From: the human T2T-CHM13v2.0 reference genome, Homo sapiens
Reading direction: 5' to 3' (one strand)
Assembly (NCBI RefSeq): GCF_009914755.1
Contig: NC_060927.1
Length of the DNA stretch: 64,000 nt
The notes beneath the pieces are model-generated. The model was not told the origin of the DNA. It did no database searches and saw nothing but the letters and a program-made list of their open reading frames with translations. Shown in pieces: positions 54,574 through 64,000 of the stretch; within the stretch, counting starts at the first letter, position 1, and each line of letters starts with the position of its first letter. Made by a program: the position numbers and the translations under genes.

Positions 54574-55985
54574 TAGTCTATTAAAAATGTATCTGTTTAT
54601 TTGATGTTCTTTGCAGTGCTCTTTGTAGACAATTAAGAGTGGCTGATAATTCATATATGACTGAATAATACTAATTTTGAATAAAATCATTTTAAAATTA
54701 CCGATTTTAGAACTATTTAATAATAATAAGATAACTATTTTTCTAATATTGGAGATTTGGAGACATTCCTCCAAATAGAAATACCACCTTACTATTGTAA
54801 GTTTCAGTGGATACTTTGATTTTAAGTCTAACTTTTACCTTACACAATTTATGATCTTATATTCTATTTTTAAGATTTAGTAGACTATCATATGAAGTGG
54901 TATTCCTGACTCCTTTTGTAATAAAATCATTATTAGGATATGTTATAAAATGAAACAAATAAGAAATGAAAAAAATTCTTCCTGAAATAGTATATAAGGT
55001 GTGTTTTGGCTATGGCAGGGGATTTGAAGAACAATGCTGAATAATATCTAGATCACAAAATCAACTATAATAAGCTAAAAATAGGTTTTTCATATTTGGT
55101 ACTAGCCTCCATATGAAGTAGCTATCCTAATATACAGTACTGTATAACATCTTTTTAGCCATCCATCCACCTAGTCTTTCATCCATATATCCATAGGGAA
55201 AAAATTCTACTTAAAATTAAAACTCCCTTCTTAGGAAGACAGTTCAATTAAGGGAGAATAGGTCTTCTTTCTTCAGCAAAGCATCTTGGTAGATCAAAAC
55301 ATGCACAGAGGAGTCAGAGAGAAATTTGGGAGTAAGACTGGAGGAAATGGAATTAATCTGCAGAACAATGTGAGAAGAATTTGGAGCTCCTGTGAGCCAT
55401 CTGGAAGGGACTAAGGAAAACCAAAAGCCATGGTAGGAGGCTGCAGTCTGAGGTATAGAAATGGCCAAGAGACTTTTTCAGAGAACAAGGATAGCTGTAC
55501 AATCTCTAAAATGAAATAATTTGACAGAAGCAGAATTCAGAGCCAGAGGAGACCTTGAAAATATAAACTCACACTGAAAATTTGCATACAACTTGCTGGT
55601 GGTTGGGGTGGGCACTACTGAACTCTAAAATTCATAGAATGGAGCTCAAACCAATCTTAGCTAGGTCTTAATTGGTACAATGAATTTAGCTGTATCTGAG
55701 ATACATAAACATACATATGCACGTTTTCATATGAAGCAAGTGTTCTAGAGCTCATTCATTCAATAACCCCAAATATCTGCCACATAGATACAAACCTGAA
55801 AGAAGATGCAAAGAAGGGACAAAAGAAAGACATCTAACCACCCACAAATGCTGTCATAAAATTGTAGCACTAAATTTTACATAGCTTGTAGGGTAACATT
55901 ATGTCCTAATACAATATGTACTTACATTTTTAAAAATTCTATTTACTTTTTTACATATTACTCTACACGGCTATTTCACCACGCT

Positions 55986-56204
55986 CAACGGTCTAGAACT
56001 ACAACCCACACACCAAATCCAGCAAACTGCCTGTTTTTGAAAATAAAGTTCCATTGGAACACAGCCAAAGCCATTTGTTTCTGTGTTGTCTATGACTGTT
56101 TCAGGCTACAACCTGAGTCGAGTGATTGTGACAAAGGCTATATGGTCCATAAAGCCTAAAATATTTACTATCTGGCTCTTAGCAGAAAAGGACTGCTAAC
56201 CTCT
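55986..56204. mobile_element. MER58A hAT-Charlie DNA transposon
   Basis: CCTGTTTTTGAAAATAAAGTTCCATTGGAACACAGCC...AAAGCCTAAAATATTTACTATCTGGC. Confidence 0.85.
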
Positions 56205-57824
56205 TATCAAGAAGCAAAAGTTGAAATAGACAGATTTTAAAACATATGGTGAGAAATAACTATTTTATAGCAAAAAAGTAAGCAAACAACAAACCAACAA
56301 ATATCATGCCCTCCAAAGTCACAATACATGGTGCCATCATGTGTGAAGACAAATAACACCAGAAAGCCTATCAAGTTGTCAACAAGTCTCCGAAAGTGTA
56401 TTTTACAGGGCAATACAACTATTAAAATTAATAATAATGATCCTGAGACATTAACAAAAATTGTAAAATATGTTGAGAATTTTCTAAGACATTTAAAAAT
56501 ATATATATAAAATAAGATTTTTGCTTTTGATATTTTGATTTTTTTAACTTTTAGTTTTTGTGGGTACATACTGGGTGTATTTATGGGGTACATAAGATAT
56601 TTTGATACAGGCATATAATGCATAATAATCACATCAGGGTAAATGGGGTATTCATCACCTCAGGCATTTATCCTTTCTTTTTGTTACAAGTAATCCAATT
56701 ATAGTTTTAGTTAATTTTAAATATATAGTAAATTATTGTTAACTTTAGTCTCCCCATTCTGCTATCGAATACTAGATCTTATTCATTCTTTCCAACTACA
56801 TTTTTGTACTCATTAACTATCCTCATTCCCCGCCACTACACTTCCTAGCCTCTGGTAACCATCATTCTACTGTCTATCCCCCTGAGTTCAATTGTTTTAA
56901 TTTTTAGCTCTCACAAATCAGTGAGAACATGTGAAGTTTATCTTTCTGTGCCTGGCTTATTTTACTTAACAGAATGACCTCCAGTCCTATTCATGCTGTT
57001 ATAAATGACAGGATCTCATTCTTTTTTTATGGGTGAATAGTACACCATTGTGTATATGTACTACATTCTCTTCATCCATTTGTCTGTTGGTGGACATTTC
57101 AGTTGCCTCAAAATCTTGGCTATTGGGAATAGTGTTACTATAACATGAGGGTGTAGAAATCTCTTTGATATACTGATTTCTTTTCTTTTGGGTATATACC
57201 TAGTAATGGGATTGTGGGATCATATGGTAGCCCTATTTTTAGTTTTTTGAAGAACCTCCAAACGATTTTCCATAGTGGTTGTACTAATTTACATTCCCAC
57301 CAAGAGTGTACAAGGATTCCCTTTTCTCTACATGCTGGCCAGTGTTTGTGATTTCCTGTCTTTTGGATAAAAATCATTTTAACTGGGGTGAGGTGACATA
57401 TTGTTAGTTTTTATTAGCATTTCTCTGATAATCAGTGATGCTGAGCATATTGTTATATACCACTTCGCATGTCTTCTTTTGAGAAATGTCTATTCAGATA
57501 TTCATGTATTTTTTATTCAGATTAATGGATTTTTTCCCTATTGAGTTGTTTGAGCTTCTCATATATTCTGGTTATTGATTCCTTGTCAGATGGATAGTTT
57601 GCAAATATTTTCCCCCATTCTGTGGGTTGTCTCTTCACTTTGTTGATTGTATCCTTCACTTTGCAGAAGGTTTTTAACTTGATGTGATCCCATTTGTCCA
57701 CTTTTGGTCTGGTTGCCTGTGTTTGTGGGGTATTACTCAAGAAATTTTTGCCAAGAATAGTGTTGTGGAGTGTTTTCCCAAAGTTTTCTTTTATTAGTTT
57801 CATAGTGTAAGGTCTTAGATTTAA

Positions 57825-58150
<326 letters not shown>

Positions 58151-61100
58151 TTTAATCCGTTTTTTTTTGTTTGTTTGTTTTTGTTTTTGTATATGGTTAG
58201 CTAGAGATAGGGGGTCTAGTTCCATTCCGCTGCGTACAGATATCCAGTTTTCTTAGCTCCACTTATTGAAGATATTGTCTTTTCCCCAATGTATGTCCTT
58301 GGCATCTTTGTTTATGCAATAAGTTAACTGTAGACATATGGATTTACTTCTGAGTTCTTCATTCTGTTCCATTGGTCTATTTGTCTGGTTTTATGCCAGT
58401 ACCATGCTATTTTGGTACTATAGCTCTGTAGTACAATTTGAAGTCAAGTAATGAGATTCCTCTAGTTTTGTTCTTTTTGCACATGATAGCTTTAGCTGGA
58501 TAATTCTAGCTTTTTCCTGGGTCTTTTGCAGTTCTATATAAATTTTCAAAATTTTTTTTCTATTTCTGTGAAGAATAGAATGTCATTGGTATTTTGAAGG
58601 ACTTGCATGGAGTCTGTACATTGCTTTGGTCAGTATGAATATTTTAACAATATTGATTCTTCCAATCCATGAACATGGAATATCTTTTCATTTCTTTGTT
58701 GTGCTCTTTAATTTCTTGCATCAATGTTTTATAGTTTTCATTGTAGAAATCTTTCACTTATTTTGTTAAATTAATTCCTAGATATTTTATTTTATTTGTA
58801 GTTATTGCAAACGGGATTGCTTTCTTGATTTCTTTTTCAGGTTATTTGCTGTTGGCATATAGAAATGTTACTGATTTATGTATGTTAATTTTGTATCCTG
58901 CAACTTTATTGAATTTGTTGATCAATTTGAATAATTTTGGGTGCAGCCTTTAGGTTTTTCCAAATAACAAAAATATCATCTGCAAACGAGGATAATTTGA
59001 CTTCATCCTTTCCAGCGTGGATGCTTTTTATTTCTTTCTCTTGTCTGATTGCCCTAGCTAGGACTTCCACTATTATGTTGAATAACAATGATGAAAGTGA
59101 GCATCCATGTCATGTTCCAGATTTTAGAAACAATGCTCTCCATTTTTCCCCATTCACTATGATACTAGCTGTGGGTCTGTCATATATGGCTTTTATTGTG
59201 TTGATGTATGTTTCTTCTATACCCAGATTTTTTTTAGGGTTTTTGTCATGAAATGATGTTGAATTTTATCAAATAATTTTTCAGCATCAATTGAAATGAT
59301 CATGTGTTTTTTGTATTTTGTTCTGTTGATATAATGCATCACATTGATTGATTTGTGTATGCTGAACCATCCTTGTATTTCTGGAATAAATCCAACTTGG
59401 TCATGATGAATGATCTTTTTAATGAGTTATTGAATCCAATTCAGTTTGCTAGTATTTTGTTGATGGTTTTTGCATCAATGTTCAACAGGGATATTGGCCT
59501 ATAGTTTTCTTTTCTTTTTGAGGTGTCTTTGTCTGGTTTTGGTATCAGGGTAATACTGGCCTCATATGATAAGTTTGGAAGTATTCCCTTTTGCCCTATT
59601 TTTCTGAATAGTTTTAGTAGGGTTGATATTAGTTCTTCTTTAAATGTTTGGTAAAATTCACCATTGAAGCCATCAGGTTCCAGGCTTTTCGTTGCTGGGT
59701 GACTTACTACTGCTTTGATCTGCTTATTTGTCATTTGTCTGTTCCAGTTTTGGATTTTTTTTCATGTTTCAATCTTGGTGGGTTATATGCATCTAGGAAT
59801 GTATGCATTTCTTCTAGAATTTCCAATTTGTTGGCATAGAGTTGTTTACAGTAGCCTCTAATGATCCTTTGGATTTCTGCAGTATCAGTTGTGAAGTCTT
59901 CATTTTCACCTCTGATTTTTTTGGGGTCCTTCTCTCTTTTCTTTCTTAGTCTGGCCAAAGTTTTCTCAATTTTATTTATCTTTTCTAAAAACCAATATTT
60001 TCTTTCACTGATTTTTGTATTGTTTCTTAATTTCACATTCACTTATTTCTACTCTAAACTTTATTATTTTTTCTCTACTAATTTCGGGTTTGTTTTATTC
60101 TTGTTTTTCTATTTCTTTAAGAAGCATAATTAGGTAGTTTATTTGAAGTTTCTCTAATTTTTGACGTAGGTAATTATAGCTATAAGCTTTTCTCTTAGTA
60201 CCGCTTTAGCCATATCCTATTGGTTTCAGTGTGTCGTGTCTCCTTTATCATTTGTTTCAAGATTTTTTTCAATTTCCTTTTTCATTTCTTCTTTGGCCCA
60301 TTGGTCATTAAGGAACATACTGTCTAATTTCCTCATGGTTGTATAGTTTTCAAAGTTCCTCTTGTTAATGATTTCTAGTTTTATTCCACTGTGGTCACAG
60401 AAGATACGTGATATAACTTCCAATTTTTTTAATGTTTTAAGACTTGTTTTGTGACCTGACATAAGGTATATCCTTGAGAATGATCCATGTACTGAGGAGA
60501 ATATGTATTCTGCAGTTATTGGATAAAATGTTCTGTAAATATACATCAGGTTCATTTGGTGTATTGTGCAGATTAAGCCAGATGTTCCCTTGCTAATTTT
60601 CCGTGAGGATGATGTGTCGATGATGAAAGTGGGGTGTTGAAGTCTCCACCTGTGATTATGTTGGAGTCTATCTTTCTCTTTAGCTCTAATAATATTTCCT
60701 TTATATATCTGGGTGCTCCAGTATTGGGTACATATATATTTATAGTTGTTACATCATTTTGCTGAATTGATTTCTTTATCATTATGTAATGACCTTCTTT
60801 GATTCTTTGTATAGTTTTTGTCTTGAAATCTACTTTGTCTGATGTAAGTATAGCTATTGCTGCTCTTTTTGGTTTCCACATGCATGCAATATATTTTTCC
60901 ATCCCTTTATTTTCAGTTTATGTGTGTCTTTATGGAAAAGTGCAACTTATCATTGGGTCTTGTTTTTTTTAAATCCATTTAGCTACTCTATGTGCTTTGA
61001 TTGAAGAGTTTAGTCCATTTACATTCAAGTTGTTATTGATAAGCAAGGACTTACCCCTGCCATTTTGTTACTTGTTTTCTGGTTGTTTGTGGTCTTCTCT

Positions 61101-61877
61101 TCCTTCTTTCCTTTTGTCTGTCTTCCTTTTAGCAAGGGTGATTTTCTCTGACGATATGTTTTAACGTTTCAAGTTCTTGATTTTTATTGTGTTTGTTGTA
61201 TATTTTCTGATTGAAGTTACCATAAAACATGCAAATAATATCTTATAACCCATTATTTTAAATTAATGACAAATTAACACCTATTGCATAAACAAAGAGA
61301 AAACTAATTAAAAGTTTATATTTTAATTGTGTCCCCCACTTTTTAACTTTTTGCTATTTCTATTTATATCTTATTACACTATCTGTATCTTGAAAAGTTG
61401 TTGTAGTTTATTTTTGATTGGTTCATCTTTAGTCTTTCTACTTAAGATGTGAGTAGTTTACACATCAAAATTATGGTGTCAAAATATAGTGTGTTTTTCT
61501 GTATACTTACTATTACCAGTGAGTTTTGCACCTTCAGATGATTTTTTTTGCTCACTTACAAACTTTTCTTTCAGACTGAAGAACTCCCTTACATTTCTTG
61601 GAGGACATGTCTGATGTTAATAAAACCCCTTAGTTTTATTTGTCTGGGAAAAATCTTTATTTCTCCTTCATGCTTGAAGGAGAATTTCACTGGATCTACT
61701 ATTTTAGGATACAAGTTTTTCCCCTTCAGCACGTTAAATATGTCATGCCACTTTCTCCTGATCTGTTAGGTTTCCACTGAGAAGACTGCTACCAGATATA
61801 TTGAAGCTCCATTGTATGTTATTCATTTCTTTTCTCTTGCCACTTTTAGGATCCTTTCTTTATCTTTGACGTTGGGG

Positions 61878-62118
<241 letters not shown>

Positions 62119-64000
62119 TAGCCTGCCTTCAAGCCCACTAATTATCTCTTCCACCTGATTTATTCTGCTGATAAGAGACTCTGATGCATTCTTCAGTATT
62201 TCAATTGCAGTTTTCAGCTCCAGAATTTCTGCATAATTCTTTTTTAATTATTTGAATTCCTTTGTTAAACTTATCTGATGGCATTCTGAAATCCTTCTCT
62301 GTGTTATCTTGAATTTCATTGCGAGTCCTCAAAACAGCTATTTTGAATTCTCTGAATGAAAGATCACATATCTCTGTCTCTCTAGGATTAATTGCTGCTC
62401 CCTTATTTAGTTCATTTGGTGAGGTCATATTTTCCTGGATAATCTTGATGCTTGTGGATGTTTGTCAGTGTCTGGGCATTGAAGAGTTGGGTATTTATTG
62501 TAGTCTTCACAGTCTTTTTTTTTTCCACCTGTCCTTCTTTGGAAGGCTTTCCAAGCATTCAAAGGCACTTGGGTGTTGTGCTCTAAGTTTCTGGTCACTG
62601 CAGCCCCATCTGTATTAGGGAGCACCCCAAGCCCAGTAACAATATGGTTCTTGCAGACTTATAGAGATACTTCTTGGTGGTCTTGGATCAGATCTGGAAG
62701 AATTGTCTGGATTACCAGGAAAAGACTCATGTTCTCTTTCCTTACGTTCTCCCAAACAGCTCAGCTCTGTGCTGAGCTAACTAGGCTAGAAGAGAGGTGA
62801 CACAAATACTCCTGTTGTCACCACTATTAGGACTGTGCTGGGTCAGACCTGAAACTAGTATGGTACTGGGGTCTCACCCAAGGGCTGTGGTTACCACTGC
62901 CTGACTATCACCTATGCTCACCCAAATCCCTAGGGCTCTACAATCATCAGGTGACAAAGCCACTCTGGCTTTTGTCCTTCCATTCAGAATGGTGAGTTTC
63001 CTCCAGCACCAGTCAGGTCTAGCGATGTTTTTCAGAAGCCAGTCCCTTAAGTCAGAAACCTTAGGAATCTACCTGTTGCTCTATTCTACTGTGGCTGAGC
63101 TGGCACCCAAGCCACAAGACTAAGTCCTTCACACTCTTCCCTCCCTTTTCTGTAAGCACAGAGTTTCTGCCTGTGGCCACCCTTGCCCCAGACCCATGGC
63201 GAGTACTGCCTGGCTACCACTGATGTTCACTCAAAGCCCAAGGGCACTTCAGTCAGCGTGTTGGTGAATGCTGCCAAGCCTGGGACACTCTCTTCAGGAC
63301 AATGGGATCCCCTCTGGTTCAGGGCTAGGTCCAGAAATGCCATTCAAGAACCAAGGCCCAAAATGAGGACTCCAAGAGTCTGCTTGGTGCTCTACCCCAT
63401 TGTGGCCGAGCTGGTACCTAAGCTAAGGAACGAAGCTCCCTTTACTCTTCCCTCCCCTTTTCTCAAGCAGACGGAGTCTCTCCCTATAGCCATCACAGCT
63501 GGGAATGTACTGGGTCTCACCTGAAGCCAGCATGTCTTTGAGTCTCACCCAAGGCCCACAGCGAGTACTGCCCAGCTACCACTGCTGAAAGTTCAAGGCC
63601 CAAGGGCTCTTTTGTCAGCAGATGATGAATCCTGCCAGGACTGGGTTCTCCCCTTCAAGGCAGTGGATTCCCTTTTGGCCCAGGGTGTGTCTAGAAATGT
63701 CATCCTGGAATTAAGGTCTGGGATGGGGCCCTCAGGACTCTGCCTAGTGCCCTGTCTTTCTGTGGCTAAACTGGTATCCAAGTGGCAAGTAAAGTCCTCT
63801 TTACTCTTCCCTATCCTCTCCTAAGGTGGAGGGAAGAAGTATCTCCCAGAGCTGCAAGCTACACTGCCTGGGGCTGGGGAACGGATAGTGCAAGCACTCT
63901 CTTTGCTGTTCAAGCTGATGTCTCACTAGGTCACATGCCCCCCAAGTTCACTGGTTCTGAGCAATTCCCCTTTGCTAGGGCTGGTCTCATTGCTCCCTCC

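Overview
Primate (human-like) nuclear DNA, AT-rich and dense in interspersed repeats (Alu, L1, L2, MIR, MaLR/ERV1 LTRs, DNA transposons). I see no convincing protein-coding exon. A CpG island at ~34.15-35.35 kb looks like a housekeeping-type, possibly bidirectional promoter. It carries two minus-strand 5' splice donors (exon boundaries 34125 and 34552), so bases 1-34.1 kb are probably the first intron of a minus-strand gene with non-coding first exon(s). The layout resembles my recollection of EPS8, but I could not verify that. A plus-strand donor (35393) and a strong acceptor (36456) suggest a divergent transcript. Right of the island are a full-length THE1 retroelement, a U13 snoRNA retrocopy and a long L1MA running off the window end. 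I found no well-supported new biological system. The best leads are small: a MIR-derived pair of opposed splice donors, a ~45-nt polyadenylated micro-retrocopy with TSD, a palindromic 36-bp minisatellite, a recent 155-bp duplication, and an intronic 139-aa ORF behind an acceptor. Repeat subfamilies were assigned by eye from remembered consensus sequences, and boundaries of old elements are approximate.
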